This document shows, piece by piece, positions 27,350 through 37,422 of a DNA stretch of 64,000 nucleotides. Source of the DNA: Promethearchaeota archaeon (GTDB taxonomy: Archaea; Asgardarchaeota; Thorarchaeia; Thorarchaeales; Thorarchaeaceae); the NCBI GenBank assembly GCA_014728035.1, contig WJMJ01000131.1:1-64000 (forward strand), in the 5' to 3' direction. Every line of letters starts with the position of its first letter. Position 1 is the first letter of the stretch. A program made the position numbers and the translations under genes. The notes under the pieces were generated by a model that made no database searches, was not told the DNA's origin, and saw only the letters and a list, made by a program, of their open reading frames with translations.

Positions 27350-28249
27350 TTAGACAAATTCAGAGAGTCCGGTCTGATTGATAATAGAAACGTCAGAATC
27401 CAAATCCAGAAAATAACCAATGAACCGTTTCAAGTTTACAAATTTATACAAACCATCTAATGTTACGACAAGAAGCGGTCCTTTCAGCCCAACAACCTTT
27501 CCAAGAATCGTAGTACCAGGAATTGATTCTCCACGCTTCAAGATTGGCCGAGGCAGACTATCGAGTGATTCAAGATTGTAATGTTTTGATAAATCATGAA
27601 GATTTACATCCTCATCCGGTGCTAGCCCTGATTGAGTTAGAAAAGTTTCTATCTTTGACATGGCATCAGATGCTGTTAGTGAGGTCAAAAGATGCTTTGC
27701 TTTTGTAGAAGCGCGAACCGATTTTGTAACACCGATTAAATGTCCAAGACGTGATTCGATACTACGAGCTAGTTTTCCACCAGTTACTTTTTGAACAATT
27801 GCTGCATAGTCTGCCCCTTGCTCAATACAACGAGTACGAACACGTCCCAATGTGGATACACCTACTTTAACTGCACCACTTTTGAATAATGCGACATAGA
27901 TAGCGTATTCGGTATTCTTGCATTTCTCCCAACGTTCAGGCTGGGCTAAACAATTTCGTCCATCACATCTAACACAGGCTTGAACAAAGTCCATCGCAGA
28001 ACATGGCCCACATTTGATACTGGTCTTTGGGAGTTGCATCGTATCAGGACACTGATTCGTTTGCATTTTAGAGTCAAGATAACCAATACACGTCTTAGGG
28101 CCTTGTATAGTCCATGATACTTTCTCACCGAGTATAATAGGGAAAGTTATTGGAGATCTAGAACCACATTTCCAAACCTGAAGACCATGTTCGAATTCAC
28201 CGGTAGGTGTTTCATTCCAGATAACATTGAGGATATGCATGATAATCAC
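27350..28249 (-). CDS. DUF2797 family protein
   Basis: CxxC pairs, YAIYVALF..GAVKVGVS..RVRTRCIEQGA and GKVVGLKGPLL. Confidence 0.8.
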   Translation of the reverse strand: MIIMHILNVIWNETPTGEFEHGLQVWKCGSRSPITFPIILGEKVSWTIQGPKTCIGYLDSKMQTNQCPDTMQLPKTSIKCGPCSAMDFVQACVRCDGRNCLAQPERWEKCKNTEYAIYVALFKSGAVKVGVSTLGRVRTRCIEQGADYAAIVQKVTGGKLARSIESRLGHLIGVTKSVRASTKAKHLLTSLTASDAMSKIETFLTQSGLAPDEDVNLHDLSKHYNLESLDSLPRPILKRGESIPGTTILGKVVGLKGPLLVVTLDGLYKFVNLKRFIGYFLDLDSDVSIINQTGLSEFV

Positions 28250-28471
28250 TTAGGAAAAATCAGATAGGTTCCATCATTCATCTGATACAATCTAGCTATT
28301 TCAATGTCAGCATTGCTTTCTGAAATCAACCTCTATAAGATTCTTCTTCAAGTATTCATCTTCTGATTCTAGACCATTTTGTTTCAATCAAATAGAATGA
28401 ATTGGAAAAATCCGGACATTTTCGATTTGGCTGAGTAAAAATTTCTCTAACGCATTATTCTTTGATGATAT

Positions 28472-29242
28472 TCAAAATGGAAATCCCCATAACATCCAGT
28501 CGGGAAGGCTAGAGATAGATAGAAAATAAATCAGACCAAGCAGAACAGCAATCGAGGAAAATACTAGAATCCAGTCACGTCTTTGAAATTCTAACCTTTT
28601 TAGATAAGTTCTATTTTGTGAAACACCAAATGCACGAGATTCCATGCTCTCTGCAACGGAAAGAGCTCTCCTTATTGAAACTATAATCAACGGCACAATG
28701 ATAGGAATCATATTTCGGATTCGTTTCAGGATGTTTCCTTTATCGAGCTCAATCCCTCTAGCTTTTTGGGCATCCATTATAGTATATGCTTCTTTAGCAA
28801 GTGTAGGAACATAACGCATTGCCATGCTCATTGCAAAAGCAAACTCAAATCGCACTCGCATCTGAATCAAAGCTTGTGACAACTCATCAGGATGAACGGT
28901 AAGGAAAAAGATGGAAAATGATGTCATCAAAGCAACAAGTCGGATTGTAAGAGCTATCGAATAGGAGAAGGGATTTGTAGCGGTTGAGAGCAATGTGTTA
29001 AAGACAATTATGAAAATCAATAGGAAAGAAAGGCCCTTCATACTATGAAGCCATCTCTTAACGGATTTTGCAAGAAAAAGAAGAGGAACTAGAAAGGTCA
29101 AAATGATAAGTAATGGAATAATATTTAGAAACATCAGAGAAATCGCTGCAGAACAAATTGTAAATACCATTTTGGAACGTGGATCCAGTCTGTGAATAGT
29201 CGAATCTTGCCGAGTATACTGAAATACCTCAAGAAAAGACAA
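28472..29242 (-). CDS. ecfT: ECF transporter transmembrane component T
   Basis: IHRLDPRSK, RYVPTL, AQKARG and AESMESRAF. Confidence 0.93.
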   Translation of the reverse strand: MSFLEVFQYTRQDSTIHRLDPRSKMVFTICSAAISLMFLNIIPLLIILTFLVPLLFLAKSVKRWLHSMKGLSFLLIFIIVFNTLLSTATNPFSYSIALTIRLVALMTSFSIFFLTVHPDELSQALIQMRVRFEFAFAMSMAMRYVPTLAKEAYTIMDAQKARGIELDKGNILKRIRNMIPIIVPLIIVSIRRALSVAESMESRAFGVSQNRTYLKRLEFQRRDWILVFSSIAVLLGLIYFLSISSLPDWMLWGFPF

Positions 29243-29243
29243 T

Positions 29244-30068
29244 TTAGAACCCTCCTACTAGATTAAGAATTGTATCCTCCAATTCTTGAACAGATGTGAT
29301 TCTATCGGATACTTGTGGAAAGTTCTTTTTTAACGCAATAGCTGCAATTGTAGTTTGAGGTGCAGACAAAGAGCATCGTTCAATTATCATGCTGTTGCTT
29401 AATAGTGCATTAGTAGGGCCATCACCAACAATAAGACCACCAGACATAGCTACTGTACGTGGGAAGTATTCTACTACAAACTCAATATCATGTGTAACAA
29501 CGATTACCGTACAACCTTCTGAATTCATCTCGGTCAGCAAATCAGCAAGCATTTTTTTCTGGTACGCATCTTGACCAATTGTAGGTTCATCCAGAGCGAG
29601 AATTTTTGGTTCGGTTGCAAGAACAGAAGCTAATGCAACTCGTTTTCTTTCTCCACCAGAAAGAGTGAATGGAGACCTATCTGCAAAGCCCTCCAGGCCT
29701 AAACGTGCCAATGTGTCATCACAACGTCTTTTTGCTTCTTCCTCAGAGTATCCAAGATTACGAAGACCAAAAACAACTTCCTTTTCAACAGTTTCAAGAA
29801 ATAACTGGTGATCAGGACTTTGGAAGACCAGTCCCACAGTCTTAGCCATCTCTGCCACTGACATCTTTTTTGTATCACGGTCATTCAAAAACACATGACC
29901 ACTATTTGGGCGTATTAAACCATTCATATGTTTGACAAGGGTTGTTTTGCCAGCACCGTTAGTTCCAACAACAGCAATACGTTCACCTTGATCAATTTGA
30001 AGAGATACTCCCCTTAATGCAGTATATAGCCCGTCATAAGAAAAATGAACATCATCGATTTTTAGCAA
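29244..30068 (-). CDS. ecfA2: ECF transporter ATPase
   Basis: GTNGAGKT, VFQSPDHQLF, LSGGERKR and LDEPT. Confidence 0.9.
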   Translation of the reverse strand: MLKIDDVHFSYDGLYTALRGVSLQIDQGERIAVVGTNGAGKTTLVKHMNGLIRPNSGHVFLNDRDTKKMSVAEMAKTVGLVFQSPDHQLFLETVEKEVVFGLRNLGYSEEEAKRRCDDTLARLGLEGFADRSPFTLSGGERKRVALASVLATEPKILALDEPTIGQDAYQKKMLADLLTEMNSEGCTVIVVTHDIEFVVEYFPRTVAMSGGLIVGDGPTNALLSNSMIIERCSLSAPQTTIAAIALKKNFPQVSDRITSVQELEDTILNLVGGF

Positions 30069-30070
30069 TC

Positions 30071-30907
30071 CTAACCAACCTCCTGTACTAACCTAGCAAG
30101 TTCTTCACCGGATAATGGAACTGAGGGGAGAACCAATCCACGGGATCTTAATCCTTTGTAAACCTGGGTAGCTTTAGGAATTCCTACACCAATTTCTTGG
30201 CAGATGTCATCCACAAGAACCTCTCGAGGCGCTCCATCTGCTACAACTTGACCATCATTCATCAACACCACCCTGTGCGCATCTTGAGACACTAAATCAA
30301 GACGATGTTCAATGAGTACTACTGTCATGCCGCGTTTATTCAAAGCAGAAACGATGTCAAGAATGTGTTCTGCATTTTGAGGATCGAGATTGGATGTGGG
30401 TTCATCAGCAACGAGAATTTTTGGTTTCATAGATAAAGTAGCCGCCAGAGCTACTCTTTGTTGCTCGCCGCCAGACATCTCATGAGGATGTTTTTCAAGT
30501 AAATGGTCTAAATCAAGCAAATCTACAATCTCATCTATTCTGCGACGGATTTCTGCAGGCTCAACTCCTAAGTTTTCTGGTCCAAAAGCTAACTCACGTT
30601 CTACATTTAGAGTGACTAATTGATTAGCTGGATTTTGAAATACCATTCCAGCGATTGCTGATAGGTCAGCTACAGAGCTAACACGTGTGTTGATCCCATC
30701 GATGATGACACTTCCACGGATATACCCTCTATGAAAATGAGGAACAAGGCCATTAATTGCACGACAAAGAGTAGTTTTTCCACATCCTGAAGGTCCTGTG
30801 ATAACAACATATTCACCCTCAGTGATTTCAAGTTGTATTTTTTTGAGAGCTAGAAAGCTCGACCCAACGTATTTGAAACTGAAATCTGCGAACTCTATTA
30901 GGGCCAC
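30071..30907 (-). CDS. ecfA1: ECF transporter ATPase
   Basis: GPSGCGKT, VFQNPANQL, MSGGEQQR and DEPTSNLD. Confidence 0.9.
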   Translation of the reverse strand: MALIEFADFSFKYVGSSFLALKKIQLEITEGEYVVITGPSGCGKTTLCRAINGLVPHFHRGYIRGSVIIDGINTRVSSVADLSAIAGMVFQNPANQLVTLNVERELAFGPENLGVEPAEIRRRIDEIVDLLDLDHLLEKHPHEMSGGEQQRVALAATLSMKPKILVADEPTSNLDPQNAEHILDIVSALNKRGMTVVLIEHRLDLVSQDAHRVVLMNDGQVVADGAPREVLVDDICQEIGVGIPKATQVYKGLRSRGLVLPSVPLSGEELARLVQEVG

Positions 30908-30922
30908 GACACATCACTCCAA

Positions 30923-31921
30923 TCAAGCGGATGGGGTTTCCATTGCTTCTGCCTGCAACTTACGCCTAATGAGTTCTACTGCTTCTTTCAGTGCCTCACC
31001 TCGATTCTTGACACCATTAGCTCCAGCAGCATTTTGATGTCCACCACCCTGACCTCCAATTAATTCACCCAAAGGTGCCATTACATCACTACCAAGGTTG
31101 ATTCCTGTTGCTCTCGAGAATTTTGTAGTACTGCGAGAACTAATACGGACACGCTTCTTTGAAGGTTTTCCTCCTACAATAGCAACATCTGCACCAAGGT
31201 CAATAAGTCCTCGACAAGAACTTGCTTCAAATGCACCAATTTTAGCTGTTGCAATAACCCAGTCACCAATCGTGTAAATAGTTAGACGACTTGCTGCTTT
31301 CAGTCTTGCTATGCGTTCTGAACGATCAGGACGCACAATTAGAGATTGAACACATCTTCTGTAATTAGCACCAGCATTGATTAAAGTGGAAATTGCTTCA
31401 AATGTGGTCTTTTCAGCATAAAAGAAGCGTCGTGTATCAAAAAGAATTCCTGTCAGCAAAAGATTTGCTACTTTTTCAGAGATGTCAATGGAATAATCTG
31501 AATATAGTTGAACCATCATCTCACAAGTTGATGAAATATCAGGTTTTATCCAACGAGTGTGAGCAAGTTCGGAAGCATCTTCGCTTTCTTCGTGATGGTC
31601 AATAATAAGGGTCTTTTGAGGATCCAGAGTCAGAAACGCAGACAATGAACCCAATTGGCTTATACTATTGGTATCTAACAAGACAAGAAGATCGTACTCT
31701 CCAGAGATGCCTGATTCAATGCGTTCATTTTGAGCAAATGTTTCTAGAATTTTTCGGGATAGTTTACTGATATCATCACACGCTAAAAGTATAGATGATT
31801 CTGGATACAAATGATGATACATCTCTTTGAATGCAATCATTGAGCAAACTGCATCAGGGTCTGCATTGTGATGGCCTAAAACAAGTACTCGCTCTGCCTG
31901 CATAATGGAGTGAGTATTCAC
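30923..31921 (-). CDS. DHH/DHHA1 family phosphoesterase
   Basis: HHNADPDA, LLDT, IIDHH, GILFDT and GGGHQNAAG. Confidence 0.92.
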   Translation of the reverse strand: MNTHSIMQAERVLVLGHHNADPDAVCSMIAFKEMYHHLYPESSILLACDDISKLSRKILETFAQNERIESGISGEYDLLVLLDTNSISQLGSLSAFLTLDPQKTLIIDHHEESEDASELAHTRWIKPDISSTCEMMVQLYSDYSIDISEKVANLLLTGILFDTRRFFYAEKTTFEAISTLINAGANYRRCVQSLIVRPDRSERIARLKAASRLTIYTIGDWVIATAKIGAFEASSCRGLIDLGADVAIVGGKPSKKRVRISSRSTTKFSRATGINLGSDVMAPLGELIGGQGGGHQNAAGANGVKNRGEALKEAVELIRRKLQAEAMETPSA

Positions 31922-32226
31922 TACTTCATCCCCTGTAGCTCTTCTTCAATCCAGCTAATACCATGTGTTATTGCATCATTGATTATTTCATTTAGATTAT
32001 GATTAGTTTCGTATCTTTGAATAATGTCAATATCTATGGAGATGTCCAGTTGCCCACTCGATAACTCAAACATGCAAACAACAACGATTTGTTCTAAGCT
32101 TTTTTTAGGAACCTGCTCCAGTATATATTGAGTGACTTCATTTTCACACTCTTCAGCGAGTTTTTCTATTTCTGTATCAGATAGATTGGGTAGTCCAATC
32201 TCCAATAAGGGGCTCATAGTGTTCAC
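31921..32226 (-). CDS. DUF3194-like archaeal protein
   Basis: IGLPNLSDTEIEKLAE...ILEQVPKK, in the conserved position after prefoldin beta. Confidence 0.7.
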   Translation of the reverse strand: MNTMSPLLEIGLPNLSDTEIEKLAEECENEVTQYILEQVPKKSLEQIVVVCMFELSSGQLDISIDIDIIQRYETNHNLNEIINDAITHGISWIEEELQGMK

Positions 32227-32230
32227 TGTA

Positions 32231-32593
32231 TTATTGGCTACCTTGACCCAGAGATTGAATCTTCGTTGCGATTTTTGTTATTTCTTGTTTAGTTTCCTCA
32301 AGTTTCTGTTCGAATCTTGGGACTGTTTCTTCAAGACGTTGCTTTTCTTTCTTCAAATCTTCTTGTGTCTTCACTTTATCAACTTGAAACATGACTTGCC
32401 CAACAAACTTGTAGGTAGTAGTATCATCAGATTGTTTTTCCAATTCTTTAAGGGTTTCAGTTACTTCATGAAGCCGTTGTTTGAATGCTTGAAGATTTAC
32501 AGATGTTTTCTCGTAACTTTGTGCAAGTTGCTCGTACTTCTGGCGATATTTCATCATCTCATGCTCGACTTCAGGAGGGTTGCGTTGTGCCAT
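32231..32593 (-). CDS. pfdB: Prefoldin beta subunit
   Basis: Coiled coil with ELEKQSDDTTTYKFVGQVMFQV, plus superoperon context. Confidence 0.9.
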   Translation of the reverse strand: MAQRNPPEVEHEMMKYRQKYEQLAQSYEKTSVNLQAFKQRLHEVTETLKELEKQSDDTTTYKFVGQVMFQVDKVKTQEDLKKEKQRLEETVPRFEQKLEETKQEITKIATKIQSLGQGSQ

Positions 32594-32687
32594 CGTATTG
32601 TAACTCCCTGTAATTATAACAGGTTTCACATTGCGCGACCTCTCTGGTGACTTAAGGCTTTTGGCATATATGATTACAAGAACTCTG

Positions 32688-32987
32688 TTATTGGGATAAT
32701 GATTCTAGGATTTCGAATGTTTGTTGACAACTGGATGCCCAAGCAAGATATGAGTTCATTGATGCCCGTAGTGCAGTCAAATCTTCTGCATCAATATCAA
32801 TGAAAAGAATTGGCCCCTCAACACGAAGTGATGCAGACGCACGATCTGATGAGATAGAAACACTCTCTGGAAGAAGAGCAGCAAAAGCTACTTTTGCTAG
32901 ATCAGGGGTTCCAAAATCTAATTCAAGGTTTGCCTGACAAGCAACTATCGGGCTTTCATCCTGATTTGTCATAGATACTACATTCAC
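32688..32987 (-). CDS. pcc1: KEOPS complex subunit Pcc1
   Basis: AALLPE...IDIDAEDLTALRASMNSYLAW. Confidence 0.9.
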   Translation of the reverse strand: MNVVSMTNQDESPIVACQANLELDFGTPDLAKVAFAALLPESVSISSDRASASLRVEGPILFIDIDAEDLTALRASMNSYLAWASSCQQTFEILESLSQ

Positions 32988-33029
32988 GTCCGAGAACTTG
33001 TTTGTTTTGATGGCGATATTAGATGAAAA

Positions 33030-33581
33030 TCATTGAATGGATTTGACACTAATACGAGGTCCAATTTCCATCCCGTCTGCAGAATGATAATGGGTCCAAA
33101 TTACACTCCCAGATTTAGGCGCATCAAGAACTATAGAACCCATATTACTATAATCAGATCCCAATGGCATAATTCCATCCGATTTGACAACAGGAACATC
33201 TGTTACTTCTGCAAGTATTGCTCCTAAACGAATCACGTCAGGGTTATCGGAGTTAAGAGAAACAATAGAATGAATCGAATTGATCCGAGGGGCTTTTCTC
33301 GATTGTACTTCACGCTTAAGTGCAGCACTCTTAGTCCGAATAGTGATGAACTCAACACCATTGGAATTGATGAATCGAATATCTCCAACATTTCCTCTAA
33401 ACATGGTAACAACTAGTGCTACTTTTGCGGTGCTTATTTGAATTCTAGCAGTAAGTTCGGAAAGGTTCATTCCTCCACGATTGAAACGCTCAGAACCAGG
33501 AAGTACAGACCATAAATCGCGAACGAAACTACGCACTCTGTTAGAGGTTCTACGTGAGGTGGTGATTAGAAACAAATCCAA
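33030..33581 (-). CDS. Brix/Imp4-domain ribosome biogenesis protein
   Basis: LITTSRRTSNRVRSFVRDL...RFNRGGMNL ... IGPRI. Confidence 0.9.
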   Translation of the reverse strand: MDLFLITTSRRTSNRVRSFVRDLWSVLPGSERFNRGGMNLSELTARIQISTAKVALVVTMFRGNVGDIRFINSNGVEFITIRTKSAALKREVQSRKAPRINSIHSIVSLNSDNPDVIRLGAILAEVTDVPVVKSDGIMPLGSDYSNMGSIVLDAPKSGSVIWTHYHSADGMEIGPRISVKSIQ

Positions 33582-33595
33582 TCGAACCCTATGTT

Positions 33596-34063
33596 TCAGT
33601 CAAAAGACTCTGAATCGCCTATCTCTTCGTCCTCTACATCTTCAGGCAGTTCATAATCATCAGAAATGTCTTCGTATGCGTCAGATGCTTCAAGGACTAT
33701 TTCTTCTTCATCCAAATTTGGGAGAAACGAAGGCAGTTCTTCTGACTCGGTTGTTTCCCCAATTTCGATATCTTCAGTATCTTTGAGTGACAGAAGGTCA
33801 TCAGATACACGCTGGGCAATAGCACGACGAGCTGCTTTTCCTGCATCTGTATAGGGGACGTAAGCGCCACCAGCAAAGAGAATACCACATTTTCGGCATG
33901 TCCAGAGACCAGCAGCTTTTCTCTTCAGAGCTTTTGTTGCACAAGATGGACACCTATGCTCTTCCTTTCGACGTCGCTCGATATCGAGTACTCTACGACG
34001 TAGCTTAGAACCGTATCTTGCTCCAAAGCGACCAGTGCTACCAACTTTCTTTGTTCTTGCCAA
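33596..34063 (-). CDS. rpl37ae: 50S ribosomal protein L37Ae (eL43) with an acidic C-terminal extension
   Basis: TKKVGSTGRFGARYG, CPSC..KRKAAGLWTCRKCG..FAGGAYVP. Confidence 0.95.
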   Translation of the reverse strand: MARTKKVGSTGRFGARYGSKLRRRVLDIERRRKEEHRCPSCATKALKRKAAGLWTCRKCGILFAGGAYVPYTDAGKAARRAIAQRVSDDLLSLKDTEDIEIGETTESEELPSFLPNLDEEEIVLEASDAYEDISDDYELPEDVEDEEIGDSESFD

Positions 34064-34178
34064 TTTAGTGGGCTCCTGTTAATTATAATGATTCCAATTA
34101 TTTCACAATAGGCGTGAGGAATCTATTAGTCGCCCATCGTGTCTACTTATTAGCGTATCTATTTGTCGAATGAAACCA

Positions 34179-34202
34179 GGAGGTTCCAGTAGCAGAACCT
34201 CC
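34179..34202. terminator. Hairpin after rrp42
   Basis: GGAGGTTC-8nt-GAACCTCC. Confidence 0.45.
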
Positions 34203-34217
34203 CAACATTTCGATTTC

Positions 34218-35048
34218 TTATTCTTTCTTGGATGCTACTGCATCTCGTATTGCCTTGCGAATCTCTTTGGACCTGGCAAGAGCAATATCCATTGCTTCGT
34301 CTATCTGAGAGAGAGGCATCGGTCCACTACCGCCGCCTTTCTGTAAAGCAGTGAATTTCTCATGGTCATCAATAGCCATGGTCAACCTACAGTCCTGAAC
34401 AAACTCTTCCTTCAGAACAGGATCAATAACAATATGGTCACCGATTTTTGACACGGTGTGTTCAATAGCCATATTCTGCACAGGTAATTTGAGTTTCTTT
34501 CCAGTTGGGACGACTTCGTCATCTTCTACTTTCAGTTCATCATACTCAGTAGTCAGCAATGCGGCATTGACTGCCATGGAACTTGCATCTATCAAGTTTC
34601 CATCATATTCTAACGTGTACACATCAGCAAATACCATGAAGACTTTCTTGCCTTCTTCAAGACAGAGCTGTTTAACATCTATGGTTTCTGATTCACGAAC
34701 ACCACGATCAACAACACGTGCTAGCTCAATGGCATTCTCACGTGGTGGACCCAGTTCAAATAATGGAGAGGCTATCGGAGCTAATTCTGCAGTCACCATA
34801 ACAACACCCTCATCAGGATTGTCAGGATATGGTTCACCAACAAGAACCTTCACTCCAGCAATGACAGTCGTACCACCCAATCTAATAATTGCTGAACCCT
34901 CTGCTTTTGCGTCAACAGGATTAAGCTCTATCTCTAGTGGACGATACATGTCAAACTTTCTGCCATCAACACGTTCTCCATTCTTGAGGAGATCATCGAT
35001 GTAATCTCGGTCAATGTGACTGATTGTTTCTGCACTATAGTCTCCCAT
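34218..35048 (-). CDS. rrp42: Exosome complex component Rrp42
   Basis: RVDGRKFDMYR, KAEGSA, PYPDNPDEG, ELARVVDRGVRES and DGNLIDA. Confidence 0.95.
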   Translation of the reverse strand: MGDYSAETISHIDRDYIDDLLKNGERVDGRKFDMYRPLEIELNPVDAKAEGSAIIRLGGTTVIAGVKVLVGEPYPDNPDEGVVMVTAELAPIASPLFELGPPRENAIELARVVDRGVRESETIDVKQLCLEEGKKVFMVFADVYTLEYDGNLIDASSMAVNAALLTTEYDELKVEDDEVVPTGKKLKLPVQNMAIEHTVSKIGDHIVIDPVLKEEFVQDCRLTMAIDDHEKFTALQKGGGSGPMPLSQIDEAMDIALARSKEIRKAIRDAVASKKE

Positions 35049-35872
35049 TACTCTTCATCCTCCAAATCAGATTCTCCAAGGTCCGTTTCTAAATCGTCCT
35101 CGTAGTCATCATCGTCATCGTCATCGTCATCATCGTCATCTGTGGGGCGTCTCTTTGCATATGCCTGTTTTAGGGCTTCTTTCTGGAGCTCATGCATGTA
35201 TTTGCAGGCAGTGACACCCATCTCAATTGCCTCGAGCAATTCTTCTTTTGTGAAATGACCATCTTGCTGTAACAGTGTGATGTCATCCTTTGGGGGTAGC
35301 GTGGCTAATGGGATATCACCTTCTCCATATTTGTCCTCGGCATCTCCAAGATCAAGCAGAAGAGTGCCTTGTGCCTTTCCGACCGCAACTGAAGGTACCA
35401 ATGTACGCATTGGAATACCAGCATCTGCTAGAGCTAGGGATGCTGCATTGATTGATGCACAACGTGTACCGCCATCAGCCTGGATGACTTGAATGAAAAC
35501 GTCAACTACTGCTTTTGGAAATTCCTCCAAGAACAGTGCGGGTTCAAGAGCATTTGCTATAACCATTGAGATCTCTCTCTCGCGTCGAGATGGTGCGGGT
35601 CGTTTCCTATCCGGTACTGAGAAAGTTGCCATTCTGTAGACCACTCGGAGATAGGCACGATCATTCAATGTGAGATGTCTTGGATGTAGTTCACGAGGTC
35701 CATATACAGCAGCAAGGATGTATGTGTTTCCCTGTCTTATTGACGCGGATCCGTCTGCTTGTTTTAATACACCAACCTTCATCTCGACAGGACGGAGCTC
35801 ATCTGGGCGTCTCCCATCTATTCTGAGACCCTCTGCATTTATCAGATTGTCCGGCTTTTCTTCGGGACTCAT
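35048..35872 (-). CDS. rrp41: Exosome complex exonuclease Rrp41 with a poly-Asp tail
   Basis: RIDGRRPDELRP, ADGSA, VYGPRELHP, PAPSRREREIS and ADGGTRCASINA. Confidence 0.96.
   Translation of the reverse strand: MSPEEKPDNLINAEGLRIDGRRPDELRPVEMKVGVLKQADGSASIRQGNTYILAAVYGPRELHPRHLTLNDRAYLRVVYRMATFSVPDRKRPAPSRREREISMVIANALEPALFLEEFPKAVVDVFIQVIQADGGTRCASINAASLALADAGIPMRTLVPSVAVGKAQGTLLLDLGDAEDKYGEGDIPLATLPPKDDITLLQQDGHFTKEELLEAIEMGVTACKYMHELQKEALKQAYAKRRPTDDDDDDDDDDDDYEDDLETDLGESDLEDEE
35105..35140. repeat. GAT/GAC trinucleotide run encoding the poly-Asp tail of Rrp41
   Basis: gtcatcatcgtcatcgtcatcgtcatcatcgtcatc. Confidence 0.8.
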
Positions 35873-36615
35873 TCTTCTTTATCCTCCATTTCTTCTTCTT
35901 TATCATCAGTTTCTTCTTCGGTCTCTTCTTCAAGCTTTGCCAACTCTTCTTCCAGCATGCCTTTCACGCGGTCCGTGAGTTTGGATGTGTGCGCTTGTTC
36001 CTCAATCATGCGAAATGCCTTGATTGCTAGACGTGTAGTGGTTATATCTTTTGCACGAACCCAGATACGACCGTTTTGTGCAACCACAACCTGGATTCCT
36101 AATAGGTCTTTGATCATGTTAATCATTGAACCTCTGCGTCCAATTATTCTGGGTACCTTTGCAGGGCTCACATGCATGATCATTCCACCTTCCAATTTGC
36201 GTAATCCACGACCTTTCATTGAAAGAAAGGGTCCGGTTACACGATCATAGGTGGAAATCTCTGCGACGATTACGTCTCCGATATCCATATAGTAGGAAAT
36301 ATCATCCTTATACGGACGACGTAAAGCATTGTTTGCGTGAAGTGATGCCCCATACGGACCTCCAATTTCAACACGCCAATTATTACCTACAACTTGTGTT
36401 ATTGTACCAATTACTAAATCGCCCTGCCGTGGAGCGTAAACTCCCTCTAGGGCTACAACTTTGACAGTATTCCCACGTAGCTCTGCTAAGCCCACTACTG
36501 CAGAGTAGACCTTTCCTTCTCTGTCAGCATATGTGCCATAAGACGGACGATATCGCCCCTCTGCTAGCAGCTGTCCGGGTACAACTATCTCGCGTTTATT
36601 AAAATAGACAGCCAA
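35869..36615 (-). CDS. rrp4: Exosome RNA-binding protein Rrp4
   Basis: IVVPGQLL, YAPRQGDLVIG (S1 domain) and SPAKVPRIIGRRGSMI..AQNGRIW (KH domain). Confidence 0.95.
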   Translation of the reverse strand: MAVYFNKREIVVPGQLLAEGRYRPSYGTYADREGKVYSAVVGLAELRGNTVKVVALEGVYAPRQGDLVIGTITQVVGNNWRVEIGGPYGASLHANNALRRPYKDDISYYMDIGDVIVAEISTYDRVTGPFLSMKGRGLRKLEGGMIMHVSPAKVPRIIGRRGSMINMIKDLLGIQVVVAQNGRIWVRAKDITTTRLAIKAFRMIEEQAHTSKLTDRVKGMLEEELAKLEEETEEETDDKEEEMEDKEE

Positions 36616-36670
36616 TTTTTATTCCTCTTTCTACTGTTATCTATCTATAAGTGATTATGCTATGAATGTT

Positions 36671-37396
36671 CTATCGTACTACTTCGATTCTGACTTGGCC
36701 TTTTGTTAGTTTGTTAAGAGTGTCATATAGCTCTTGGCGCTGTGCAGCAGGTAGCTCCACAACCCCAGTCCATGAACCATCTTTTTCCCAAGTTTCAGAT
36801 TTGATTACTCCCGTTTCTGCGACGAGATTATATCCCTTTCCGGTATGCGCAGCAGGAAGAGTGACTTTAAGTTTTACACTCTCAAAAGATATGGGGATAA
36901 TCACACGAAGGGCCTTTACAATTCCTGGAACTTGTTCTTCCACTTTGATGAAAGGGTCAACACGGACTTTTGCCTCTTCCATAGCTTGGGCTATTCGGTC
37001 AGGAGGGTGGGGGTGTCCTGTTTGAGGATTCATCGCACGCTTCGATATATTGTGAATGATATCAGCAGTCTTTTCCTCAACAAGATGTGTTCTTTGTTCG
37101 TGGGTTAATTTGAATTCACCATATTTGATTATTTCAGGAGCAATCTCGAAGATTTCAGCTGTGCCAAAGGTATCTTCAGCAAGGTCATCAGATGCTTTTT
37201 CTCCACGTCGGGCATCTTCATAAATCTCGTAGCTTTTCAGAATTTCTTCGAGTGGAATGTCCGTACCACGTCGATATTCAAATGCTAAATCGGGGTCAAC
37301 AAAGATTTCAAACCTAAGATGTCCCTTTTGAATGCCTATAACTACTGCATCAAGATCAAGCCATTTCTCACCAGATTTCTTGCCAGAACCCATCAT
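36671..37396 (-). CDS. Ribosome maturation protein SBDS/Sdo1
   Basis: RFEIFVDP, IYEDARRGEKAS, NPQTGHPHPPDRIAQAM and IPISF. Confidence 0.95.
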   Translation of the reverse strand: MMGSGKKSGEKWLDLDAVVIGIQKGHLRFEIFVDPDLAFEYRRGTDIPLEEILKSYEIYEDARRGEKASDDLAEDTFGTAEIFEIAPEIIKYGEFKLTHEQRTHLVEEKTADIIHNISKRAMNPQTGHPHPPDRIAQAMEEAKVRVDPFIKVEEQVPGIVKALRVIIPISFESVKLKVTLPAAHTGKGYNLVAETGVIKSETWEKDGSWTGVVELPAAQRQELYDTLNKLTKGQVRIEVVR

Positions 37397-37422
37397 TCTT
37401 CAAAGTCAACTCCAAGTGTTAG

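Noticed and set aside
35105-35140. Microsatellite as a contingency locus
   Set aside because: The mixed GAT/GAC codons are in frame and encode poly-Asp; explained by protein low complexity.
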